Origin: Tubulanus polymorphus
Lineage: Eukaryota > Animalia > Nemertea
NCBI RefSeq assembly: GCF_964204645.1
Contig: NC_134027.1
Coordinates: 20,174,560 to 20,238,559, forward strand
Length of the DNA: 64,000 nt
Direction of reading: 5' to 3'
Shown here: positions 38,167-49,485 of the stretch, piece after piece
How positions within the stretch are numbered: position 1 is the first letter of the stretch
Layout: each line of letters begins with the position of its first letter
Position numbers and translations under genes: made by a program
The notes under the pieces: generated by a model
What the model saw: the letters and a program-made list of their open reading frames with translations, nothing else
Database searches by the model: none
What the model was told of the DNA's origin: nothing

Positions 38167-38267
38167 GTTTGTACAAATATTCACTTTTGAAACTGATTCA
38201 TTTCTATGACCAGACATCTTCGACATGTTTTACCCACAGTAGCTGCTAGTATTGAAGTCAACAATTC

Positions 38268-38658
38268 AGGGGCTCAAGAATTTTGAGTTAATTGAATATC
38301 CCATCCTCCCAGGCTGGGATTCGAACCTGATGGCATCGAGGTTGCCACGGTACGAAACCCTGCCACACTAGACCGAGTGCGCAGCTTTGACGATGTCATT
38401 ATTAGCGAATCAGATATGCCGTTTTAATTTAACCCGGGTTTTTCACGTTTATAGTTCTTTCATGGAATTTGCCTCGGCGATTAAACAACGAGCAATCTGA
38501 TCGGTGCCGCAAGTTTTCTTGCGGCAAAGCTGCGCATGTACTTGCGCATCCGGTCTGGTGTGGCGGGTGTTCGTGCCGTAGCTGAGTGTAGCGATGCTGT
38601 CAGGTTTGAATCCCTGCCGAGGGAGGATGTGAATATCCAGCCTTCAACTCTTAACCCT
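38268..38658. mobile_element. Degenerate palindromic element with tRNA-like A/B boxes in both arms
   Basis: CATCCTCCC..GGGATTCGAACCTGA..CCACACTAGACCG (38302-38375) is inverted to CGGTCTGGTGTGG..TCAGGTTTGAATCCC..GGGAGGATG (38550-38629). Confidence 0.55.
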
Positions 38659-38714
38659 TTTTCTTCAGAGTACGTTTTGATTTATGTTTCATTTTTCGTA
38701 TATTTTGTTTATAG

Positions 38715-38814
38715 GGGACAGTTACGCTTTGAAGATGAGATTCGTAGATCATATTTACGACGATATGCTCATTGACAAGTTCACGCTGAAAATCATCTTG
38801 CCCGAAGGCGCTAA
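38715..38814 (+). CDS. RPN1: Ribophorin I exon 6
   Basis: tag|(G)[16 protein letters not shown]...[10 protein letters not shown]|gtaagt. Confidence 0.95.
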
Positions 38815-38958
38815 GTAAGTAGAAAAATGATTAGGGCAGGGCTTGGTATTTTGGGAAGATTTTCATGTATGAAATGATTATTGAGCCACAGCAGAATCGC
38901 AAATCAAATGACTCAACTAAAGTGTATAAAATATGAGTTGGCAACCGCATATACATTA

Positions 38959-39128
38959 CAGTGGTACCTCGTTACAACGAACTTCATGGGACCCGAAAAT
39001 ATGTTCATTATAACCTATAGTTCGTTTTATCCAGTATGAAAATAATTAAGTTGTCTTGGGACGAAATTCTGTGTTTGTTTTAGCCGATGAATCGTTGTGT
39101 CCGAGTTCGTTAAAACGAGGTTCCACTG
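38959..39128. mobile_element. Tigger-like MITE
   Basis: TA|CAGTGGTACCTCGTTACAACGAAC ... GTTCGTTAAAACGAGGTTCCACTG|TA. Confidence 0.8.
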
Positions 39129-40338
39129 TAGGCCTATTGAAATACTAGCTAAAACCCTGTTGTAGAGATCGGGTCCTGTGTGGTTACTAATGTTGTGTGT
39201 ATTTTGATGACTGCTTGTACATTGATAGGCCATGTATGAATTGATGCAATGCCTGGCTATCGTGTTAGTTGAAAATGATAGCGTGGGTCCCCGATAAACC
39301 ATAAAAACATGGTTCAACATCTTGGCAGTGATACCGACCTATCACAGTAAACCAATTGTTTACCTGCTAACACTACAGTAGATCAGGGGTTCGACTCGCC
39401 CGTGCAGAATTTTCAAATTAAAACAATATTTTCATTTGTATCCTATAGTTCTTCCTGGGGCCTCAGGAAATCACAGGAAATCTTCAGTCGTTTAACTCAT
39501 TGCCTGCCAAAAACGTACTGGTACGTTCGATATCTCCCATCACTTGCGTGCCAAAACCCTACTGGTACGGTTGACTTGTTTCTTAACTTGAACTATAGAT
39601 GGCGAATTCATCGCACAACACCAGCTAGTTTATTGCTCTTTACTACTAAAACAAACTATCATCAGTCGTTCTATGCAGTGTGTTAGTGACGTCATCTATT
39701 GAAATGGGGTCTGAACGCGCATGAATGGGCATATTTTCAGCAAAATACCCCCTCTGCACTGGTGGTTGCTGCAGATTTTATCACTCTAAGAAGAAATGCC
39801 GCTTATTTTACATGAAAAAGCAAGACCAGATGAACAAAATAAAACAGATTTGATGAAGATATCTCTTCTAGTTTTTGTTATATGAATCGCTGAAAAACAA
39901 GGAAATTCTGGCAAAGTGCAGCATTTCCTGGAAAATAGGCCTGGCAGGCAGAGATAAGGACCAGTTCTCCCTGGGCACAGGTTATCTACAAGTTCCCAAG
40001 ATCCCACATGGTGTCCACGGACAATAGAGATACACATTTATACATTTGTAAATATGCTCCTACTAAGTTCAGGCATTGATTGGAAATATTTCATTGAAGT
40101 TCTGGGCCCAGTTTGATAGACTGGTGTTATCTTTAACTTGGGGGCTAACTCAATTCATTTTCAATAGAGTTCGCCCCTGGGGTCAAGTTAGTTTTAATAC
40201 TAGTCAGGCTATAAAACCAGCACCTGGGCTAAAAACAAAACTACAAGTGAAAACTTGCTAGTCCATAAAATCTCTGTTACCAATGGCATTGAAGGGTTAA
40301 TTGATGATTCAACAATACTTCGCTGCTGAGTTATTTAA

Positions 40339-40413
40339 ATGATGATTCTTTTCGGACGCCCTAGTTTTACTATTTACGTAAACAATGTTGGGTTTCACAC
40401 CTTGGAGAACTGA
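40339..40413 (+). ncRNA. SNORD55: Box C/D snoRNA, SNORD55(U55/U39)-like, copy 1 (RPN1 intron 6)
   Basis: Box C ATGATGA, box D CTGA, guide CACCTTGGAGA complementary to conserved 28S UCUCCAAGGUG; ~83 nt upstream of the 3' splice site; paralog at 41616. Confidence 0.8.
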
Positions 40414-40496
40414 TTTTATGAAAGTATATAGTTATTGATATTATTTCACATTTAGAGGAATGGATGAAAATTTGCATCGTTTTTTTATTCTTGTAG

Positions 40497-40635
40497 AAAT
40501 GTTGATTTCGGCGCTAATTTCGATTTTACGAGAGGCGAAGATCAACTGCACTACACGTATCTGGATACAGTCGGTCGACCGGTCATCACTGTTCATAAAA
40601 CTAACCTCGTCGAGCAACATATTCAAGATTTTACC
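40497..40635 (+). CDS. RPN1: Ribophorin I exon 7
   Basis: tag|NVDFGANF...LHYTYLDTVGRPVI...LVEQHIQDFT|gtaagt. Confidence 0.95.
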
Positions 40636-41175
40636 GTAAGTTTTAGGCAAGATCCTTCGTTAAGCATCGGTATCTATCATGGGATCCCTTGGTGCTTTTT
40701 GGTCTGCTTGGGGTGGTATTTTGGTGTGTCTCGGGGTTTCTTAGTGTTCATCATGCGGCGCGTTGATTAGTAAGAATTACATGGTATTTCCGTTTATATT
40801 TGTAACTACCGGTACTGATACATATTTTATAACCACGATTGATTGCACTTTAGTAGCTCATGACATGTGCTATGATTGTGGGGAAGTTCATTGGCTTCTT
40901 TGATTTGTTAACCAGGGGGCATATCAGAGGAGATTGATGTAAAAGAAATACGTGAAAAACCTCTGTGAAAAAATGTCATAAATTACAATAATGTATGAAA
41001 TCTTATGAAATTTTGTCTGCAAAACATTTATAGATTTCATGAAAATCAAACCCATCGAAGTAGCAAAGATAGGCTGCAGGCCTGGGACACAATTACTTAA
41101 TCACTTTTATCCAACTTTACCCCCAGAAAAATTGAGATGATCTCTTTATGATTTTTACTTTTGATTGATTTTCAG

Positions 41176-41295
41176 TTGAAGTATACGTACCAGAAGTTTT
41201 TGTTACTACAAGAACCGCTGTTAGTCGTTGGTGCTTTTTATCTACTGTTCTTTTGTATAATCATCTACGTGCGTTTAGATTTCTCCATCACCAAG
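41176..41295 (+). CDS. RPN1: Ribophorin I exon 8 (transmembrane segment)
   Basis: cag|[40 protein letters not shown]|gtatgg. Confidence 0.95.
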
Positions 41296-41615
41296 GTATG
41301 GATTACAAATCATACATATTTATCATCTAGCTAACTTTTCTATATTTTAATGTATTTGTTACCATTTTTGGTGTGAAAATATTGATTTTGTTCTTTGGAA
41401 GTTTGTGTTTCTGAAGGTCTATCCTACCCCTTGATACAATTGGATTGAAGATGCATGTGTATATTTTCTATGGGGAACCTCCCACATTTTTGTGGCAAGC
41501 AAAGCAGTGCCGGATTGCTAGTACTTGCTAACTCTACCCTTTTCAATTTCTGCATTCCAAATAAAATAGATTTATGATGTACAGTGAATGAATTATCAGC
41601 GAGTTCTTTTCAGAC

Positions 41616-41686
41616 GTGATGATTCTTTTCAGATACCTTAGTTTGACTAGTTAAACTATGTTAGGTTTCACACCTTGGAGAACTGA
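41616..41686 (+). ncRNA. SNORD55: Box C/D snoRNA, SNORD55-like, copy 2 (RPN1 intron 8)
   Basis: GTGATGA...TTTCACACCTTGGAGAACTGA; flanking external stem GCGAGTTCTTTTC / GAAAAGAAAAACTCGC. Confidence 0.8.
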
Positions 41687-41948
41687 AATTGGAAAAGAAA
41701 AACTCGCAGCTGTCAATAGATAATCTTGAATAATTGATCTGTTATAAGTCATAGATGAATGCTTACGCTATTTTTCAGCCACAATAGATTCAGTTATCAG
41801 AAATAGTTTACTTTTTCACGATGAATATTCGTTTAATTTTTGTCAATGTTGATTTCTATCGAAGTCTATTGATCGAGATAATGCAAAAATGTCTATTTAC
41901 GCACCGAACTGGGATTTGAATTCTTGTACATTTTCTCTTTGAAAACAG

Positions 41949-42194
41949 GACGAAGCTAGCGAAAGCCGGATGCGTGTTGCCAGCTTGATTGAACAAGTGC
42001 AGAGCACGCAGGACAAACGCAGCGCCCTCTACCAGAGTTACGCCGACGCCATCAATAAGTACAAGGCAAGCAAGGACAGCTCGAGTTTCCATTCGAATCG
42101 TAAGAAGATTGATGGCGATCATAAGAATTTGAGCCAACAGATCGCCCAACTTCAGTCAAAACTGAAGGTTGACAGTGCCGAATTGGCTGATAAG
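41949..42194 (+). CDS. RPN1: Ribophorin I exon 9
   Basis: cag|DEASESRMRVASLIEQV...SAELADK|gtaaat. Confidence 0.95.
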
Positions 42195-42803
42195 GTAAAT
42201 ACAGTCGATCAGGATCATTCGAGTCGAATCCGCATGTTAGTCATGGTTCCGAACATGATGTTAAATGATCAGGATTTCTCGTGAACCAGAATAATTTTAA
42301 TCGGTCTCGAATGATCAGGATTACATGTGTAAATAGGCAAACGATACACTTTGTTTATTAAGTGTGTTTCCGATGTTATGATGTTGATAATCTACTTTTC
42401 ATTGAACTTAACATTTTTATCGATATTGATAGTGGAGAAAAATGAAACAGTTAAATGAAGGAAGCAGTGAGAGCCTTAGGGGCTGTACAGTACTGTGTAC
42501 CTCAGTGCTTTGATGTGCAAGATATTCAAAATTATGGAAGTCCACCAACAGGGGGCACTGAAATTGCCTGATTGCCAAGGATCTGGGCATGTTGTCCCTT
42601 CACAAAAATTATGAACTCCTTAAATCGATTTGAAATCAATTGAATTGAGAAATTAAATCGATTTGAGTTTAAACTTTTTTTGAAGCTGTACCATTTGTTA
42701 CCTCTAGTTTTAACCTGGGGTGTGCTAAAGATAGATTCTTAGTTTCCATGACTGTCAAAACCGAGCCTAGTTTGATTATGATTATTTGAATCTTTGCTTT
42801 CAG

Positions 42804-42986
42804 GTTAATGAACTGCAGAAGTTGGATCAGCAGTTTCGCGATCAGGTCAACCTCGGCATCACGTATGCCGAAAAACTTGTCGCCGGCAAAATGAACAAGT
42901 CGCAATACATCGAATACGAGGCGACGAATGAAACGAAGAAAGACGACGTATTGCAGAAAATGGAGACGATTCTATTGGCGCTTTAA
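42804..42986 (+). CDS. RPN1: Ribophorin I exon 10 (stop)
   Basis: cag|VNELQKLD...AEKLVAGK...METILLAL*; AATAAA candidates downstream (~43366, ~43672, ~43692). Confidence 0.95.
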   Translation, partial: VNELQKLDQQFRDQVNLGITYAEKLVAGKMNKSQYIEYEATNETKKDDVLQKMETILLAL

Positions 42987-44977
42987 ATAGAGAAAAAACA
43001 ACTCGGATAGAGATCCATTTCAGATAAAATTGGTTGGATTGTAGCGTCAATGGCAGCCTGGTGGTTTGATGTAGGCCTACACCATTTCCACAGTTGTGAG
43101 TTAAGACCAGTTTGATATTTGGGACCAGTGAAATTTTTTCCGGTTTCTCCCACTGGTCAACTCTACGTACTTTGGTTTACTTCCATATTTTCACATTCGA
43201 CAAGGCTTATTTGTGCCTTGTATATCCTCGATTATTTGGCTAAATTTGAAACCTTTCCACGCAGTCAGTGGTTAAGTACAAAAATTCAGCCACCAGGCAT
43301 CTATTTTCGTTCTTAGGTGCGTAGGTTTTGTATTCATCAGAAGAAAAAATACTTTACAAACCATAAATAAATACTTAATTATTTTGTACATGTATAGCTA
43401 TGTAAACTCTGATTGTACGATTATGTTTTAATGTCATAGTTGGTAGGTTTAATCTGGAAATGGAATGATTTATTTATTATTTGTGTTCGTACTTTTTGTT
43501 TAATTTTTGGAAGTATCAACATTCGTTTCTTTTCACTTCGTTTCTTTTCACTAACTCTTGAAAAGTATTTGTATACGACTATGTACGTGTGTAAGTTCTT
43601 GCTTAGTAAACTGAATGTAGTGTATTTTCGAACTATGAAATTGGAAGAAATCGGAGGAAATCATTCCAGAAAATAAATGTCCAGTCAAGAAAATAAAAAC
43701 AGATTAGTCTTTATTGTTGTCTTTTTCTCTGAGGTTATCGTACAGTTGACTGTTTTTACCTCCTAGACACACTTAAGGCTACAGGGAGACTGCTCACCGT
43801 CCTGGTAAATGCTCAAAGATTTTGACAATATTCAATACTGGTGAGCAAATGGATACCATCGGGTAACAATCCACTAGTCAAGCCTCTCAAATGGTTCTAG
43901 TCACGAATGTAAAATGGTAAACCATTGAGAAGCTACAGATCCTAGATATCGGACAAAAACGATTATTTGGCATAATAAAATGGTGATTAGACAGCCATAT
44001 TGTGCATACCCAATCATGGAAGAATGCTGTTGGTCTTACAATCAACCTTGCCCGCAGAACATGTGAACATCAATACGCCTATTTCAGTATGGCCGTGGTG
44101 TGGTTTTGTAACTAGGAGTATGGTGCCTGGACTTGTTCCAGTACCCCTGTAGATGTGGGACAAATGAGTCATGGAATAAATTGTGGTACTATTGAGCAAT
44201 CATAATTGATCTTGTACTGATGGGTCATAGGGCAATACATTACATGTCTAACATCAAGATAATTGATCAATTTCGTGGGACAAAACCTAGAATTGTGGAA
44301 CCAGAATCGACAGACCGTGAAAAGTTACTAAGGAGACCAACATACTTATCATCGGACACCTGTGGAAGGATGGGTTCTTTTACTATGGATGTCTTATGCC
44401 ATTTGCTGAAATCTGTGAAAAAAAAGTAGCAGTCTCACAAAGCCATCGTGTCTAAACCCCATCAGTGAGGAAGGTATGTATTTCCTATATGCAGTTGGTT
44501 ATAACAAAAATGGTGAAATCCTTGAATGAAAAACAGAACACAAGATTTCATAGTAAAAAATTTAAATTTAATCATTCCAGTATTGTATGTCTATAATAGT
44601 TATAGTAATAATATTAATATCTATTCATTTTGATTTTAAATCTGTACAAATTCTACTAGCGTCATCGATTAAGTTACAATATAATGAACATGTACGATGA
44701 TGATCGTTCAAATGGTACCATGTTAGGTAGGCTATTTTCCATATATACATGTACCGGTAGTAATATGAATCATTGGGCAATAATTCATATGATGGTTTCA
44801 AATCGGACAAGGAAGACCTAATAAGGACTAGTATAAGCCCCTCTGTGGTTCAATATAACAACGTACTGGGTAAGGCTGTTCAAGGCCCATTTGGGTTCTA
44901 GTAAGTCTATGAAGCAATTTTGGTACTAGCCAATCTCAAAGCACTATTTCCATGTCAATTGTAACAACATTAGACTA

Positions 44978-45176
44978 CAGAAGACTCCGCCTATAGTGGT
45001 ACCGATCTATACTGTAATCCATTCAAACTGGTAGATTAAAAAATACACGTACTATGATTTTCTGTCACCACTGTTTGTCAATGTGAAAAAATCCGAAAAT
45101 CTGACTACACCATTATCTGTCTATACCGGTAACATTTTGCAGGTCCCCCGCCCTACGGCTAAGGCGAAGTCTACTG
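44978..45176. mobile_element. Degenerate Tigger-like MITE
   Basis: TA|CAGAAGACTCCGCCT ... AGGCGAAGTCTACTG|TA. Confidence 0.6.
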
Positions 45177-45242
45177 TAATAACTTATCACCAGTCTCAGA
45201 ACATTTTGGTTTTATTGCCAATCAACCTAAGATTGGTCTAAG

Positions 45243-45286
45243 CATGGACGTATAAACTAGATTCTAGTCTAGTTTATACGTCCATG
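45243..45286. mobile_element. 44-bp minimal P-like element (two 19-bp TIRs, 7-bp TSD)
   Basis: GTCTAAG|CATGGACGTATAAACTAGA-TTCTAG-TCTAGTTTATACGTCCATG|GTCTAAG. Confidence 0.8.
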
Positions 45287-48200
45287 GTCTAAGCTAAGTT
45301 GGGTTCTGTTTTACAACAGAATTGGCCGACTATTTTGGTCAATTATACATCTGAAGATATTTTGGTTCTGTATCCAACATTGGTTCTATAGCCACTCATT
45401 CTAACAACAGTGGTAATGTTGCCTGGTGTCAGTATATTTTGGTTCCATAGCATTGGTTCCAAGTATAGCTAGAAATTCATAGCAATAAACTAAAGGCTAT
45501 ATCAGACACACTAAATACATAGACACTTTGATATTTTCATATGATATGTTTTTTCCAGGAAATTTTAGCTGCCATAGAATCTATAATGCAGAAGAAAAGC
45601 AGTGTATATATTATATACTTAACTAAGGCCCTCTAATGGGAGACTCTTGATGCAGGTATCGATCTGCTATCTGCACTCTCACCCTCTCAGACACTCAGCC
45701 CTAAATGATTCTTTTTATTGTCAAGACCTCGTAGGTATCAATGCATCATCAAACAATGATCATCGAGGCTTCGGACTACAATTAGTGAGCGTCTCAACAG
45801 GTGGTACCAGGTTGCAGATTGATACGCATGCATATGAAAGATTCATTCCTATAAATGCCATACACACAAATATTCACGTGGTCTGCAAATCTAAGACTAT
45901 TAACTAAAAAAAAAGTCGCAACATTCATCAGCTGTATTATGTACAATATGTACATTCTTCGCAAAAAAAAGGTGAAAGTTGCAATATTCATCAGCTATGT
46001 ACAAATAATTATGTACATTCTGTAAACTTCAACCATAAATGAAATGAATGTTACCGAATAGTACTCAGTAGAACTCACTATTCGTATCACCTGGGACTGG
46101 AAAACGTTATCCGAATTTTTAACAAAATCCGAACAATATGCTCTCATTTGAATAGAAATAACCTAAAGGGGACCCAAATTCTAGTTTGAAATAAGTGAAA
46201 ATCCAAATAAAAACCGATCCAAATTATTTGAACAATAATGTACGAAGCTAATTTCTTATGTCCAGGAGTGACAATTCAGAGTTAATGTCTGGATTGAGAG
46301 TTGAATAATTGGGTAAAGCAGTAGATCAACTGGCTTAGGGAGTATTCAAATAGTACGTACGGTCAATTTTTACGTTTTTAGAGCATCCAACCCTGAGAGA
46401 GTTGCTAGCGACGATGTGTCTATTATATAAAATCATTCAAATCTTAGGATATTTAGAGTGGAATGATATTAGGATAGTGTAGTTTAATATTTAGTATCAG
46501 TGTTTGACATGATTTTGTTTGGCTTTAGAGTTCAACGTTTGTGATAATTTTTGGATATTGATATCCAAGTAAACGACGCGATAGAGAACGCTGGAAAGTA
46601 TCGACTTTCTGTTGCAGTTTTTCAAGAGTTCTACGTTTACGTTTCAGCACTGGAAGATGTTTCGAAGTTTATTATACGCGTCGATAGTTAAAATCTTTCT
46701 TCTATTAATATCGGTTTCTGTATCAAATGATGATTCGAGTAGTTTGCACTATTTCCAGTGATCACACGAAGCTCTTGAGATTTCGTATTCTTCAGTTTTA
46801 GTGATTTATTGATCTCTAGATGCTGAGTTTCAAGTGTTTTCGGTACAGATTCTGTGATGGTATCAATCGTATGTTTTAACGTTGTTACCCAGGATCTATT
46901 GCCTGCGTACTTTGGTTCTATTTCGAAAAAGTATGGCACATTTAAACAGAAGTTATGATCATCGAGTTCGTAAATATATGATGGTTTCGATTTTTGTGCG
47001 TAACTATGATTAGTTTGTTACTATTACTAGTAATTGGGTTAAAACAAATCCTGGTCCCAACTGTTCCAATTTAGACGTAGTCTACTGTAAATTCCTAATT
47101 GCCTATTTCTCAGAATTGAAGGAGTTACAAGCACCTTTACAAACCTTTTCTGTTTAGAAGGAGTCTTTTAAGGAATCAAGGAGTGGTAGAGATCCTGTAA
47201 CAAAGCAACCATCATGGTTACATTTAATAGTGTCATTGACTATTATTCGGAACTGTTGAACAGGGCTCCCGAATCCATTTCGACACTTCTCAGTTACCGG
47301 TACTTTTAAATCCCAAGTTAAAATTAGCTAATTTCCTATGTTTTGCAACCGAAAACAGTAAACTGGTCAACTGTTAACATGAAAAATCAATAAAGTACAT
47401 ATATGTATTTGTCTTAATAGTATCTAAGACGCCCGCATACGAGCACACTTTGCGCTGCGCAAAGTTCGTTCTCATTTAGCACAGAATATAGGCCTACGCA
47501 CACTAGCTGAAAAATGCACTCAGAAAAGGGAGCTGTGGTAAGCGTCGTGTATGCATCATGAAGCCATACTTCCTACATATCTGCACCATTTACTAACGAC
47601 TTATAGTCCTCGTCAAATCTATTGGAATATAAATGGAATTTTTCTGTTCCCATTACATCAACATGAAATTGAGGGCGTGCAAGGGGAAAATAATCCCATA
47701 TCATATAGAAAGTGACATTCATGTAATAAATCAACGTTTTCCTAATCTGAAATTGATATACTAGCCGCTATGATCAGTTTTTGAAAAATGACACATGCGC
47801 AATGATGACCAATGCAATAGAGCATACTTAGCGCTGCGTCGGAAAATATGGAACATGATATCCAAATTCACAGGACTATACAATTAATAATGTGACAACT
47901 TACTATACATCTGGAAAAGTGGAACATACGTAATTAAATCAGTTTTGGAGTAATGACACATACGCATTGATCACGAATGCACGAGATCATATCAAATTTG
48001 TATTGAAAAGTGATCCAGATTAAGTGCGGTTTTCACTCTAAATGCAAAGACAATGTAAGTTTACAATACAGGACCCAGTTCCAGAGTTCTGGGATCCAAG
48101 GATAGTTGACCTGGGCCCTGGTTCTTTAAATTTAGCAGCTTTTGAGTCAATTAAAAAAAAAATTAATAAAAGGCTACTGGTGAGGCCATCCCAAATTAAT

Positions 48201-49485
48201 CATCTGTTTGCAGTAACACTGACCCAAGTTTTCAGGGCGAGTTGGAAGAATTTTTTTTGCAAAATTTTAGGCCAAGGGGTTAGGGTTAGGGTTGATTTTA
48301 TCATCTTTTTTGCATGGAAAACAATATCACATATCGGCATTGTGCACAGGATATTTGTCCAATAGCCTAGATTTCAGGAATAATTTCAAAATTTCAACTT
48401 CATCCGGAGCATCATCACTGAGTTCAAAATGAGACAATACATTGAATATATTCAAGCTATGACATTACCAGCTTTAAATTAAAACACGAAATTTTCATAG
48501 CTTTTCCAGGACCTGGAAAAAAAATCCCCATTTTCCAAAACTTTCCAAGACTTTTCAAAACCTGTGGGAACCCTGTGTCACTAGAGAATGGCAGCTTATT
48601 GGAACACTGTCAATTTCCCATAAAACTTAAACTAGGCCACACGTTGAGGCACATTTTCGTAAGATGCACACTTGACTACAAACATACAAAGCGCATACGT
48701 CTTTGTCAAATATAAAATTTCTTTCAATTAATTCCAGAAAAAAGTTTTGACGTCTTTGAAGTCAAGTTACGGCAAACAGAAAATTATCTTGGGATGGCCT
48801 GAGGAATGCGTGAATGCATCGAGGCATTGGACGTCAAAACTTGCCATTCCTACAATGCTCAAAAGTTCTCAAAAGTAATCTTTCAGGCACTAAGGAAGCC
48901 TAACGGTTGGCTCGAGTTGACCCAAATTCAGATCTAGCTACATTGTATGTTTTATGATGTTTTAAAATGCTGAATGCGTTGGGGTTAAAAAATTCTATAG
49001 TAAGAGGACTCATCACCTTTCCTTATAATAACAGCTACCTAATCAGTACTATGCAATTCTAGGGAGTTTCCATGTAAATTATCGCATTGCAGTGTCGTTC
49101 AAAAATATAATCAAATTTTCCTCAGTAATGTACATAGTATGGGAAATTCGCAGAATTGAAAATCTTTTTAAATTTGTCTGAACAATGCAATGCTCTATTT
49201 TGACTCATACAAACTGAGTTAGCTAAGTCAATTGCACTGAAAAGCTTTCGGTATTTCAAAATGAAACAATGATACCAGACCCTCCATTCTTCAAATTCTT
49301 CAACATCAAGGTTGCAAACGAGTATAGAACGTCATCCGAGATATTTCAATTTGAAAATATGAACTAGAAATGCCTACTAGATACTTTATAAGTGCACTTT
49401 CAGAAAGTGATCATCCAGACTTCGCCCTTTATTATGGTGTTTGTTTGAGGGCATGACATTGATACCCGCATAACCAATTGTCCGA

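Noticed and set aside
46688-46939. 83-aa minus-strand ORF between the convergent genes
   Set aside because: No recognisable motif or splice context; flanking frame has many stops.
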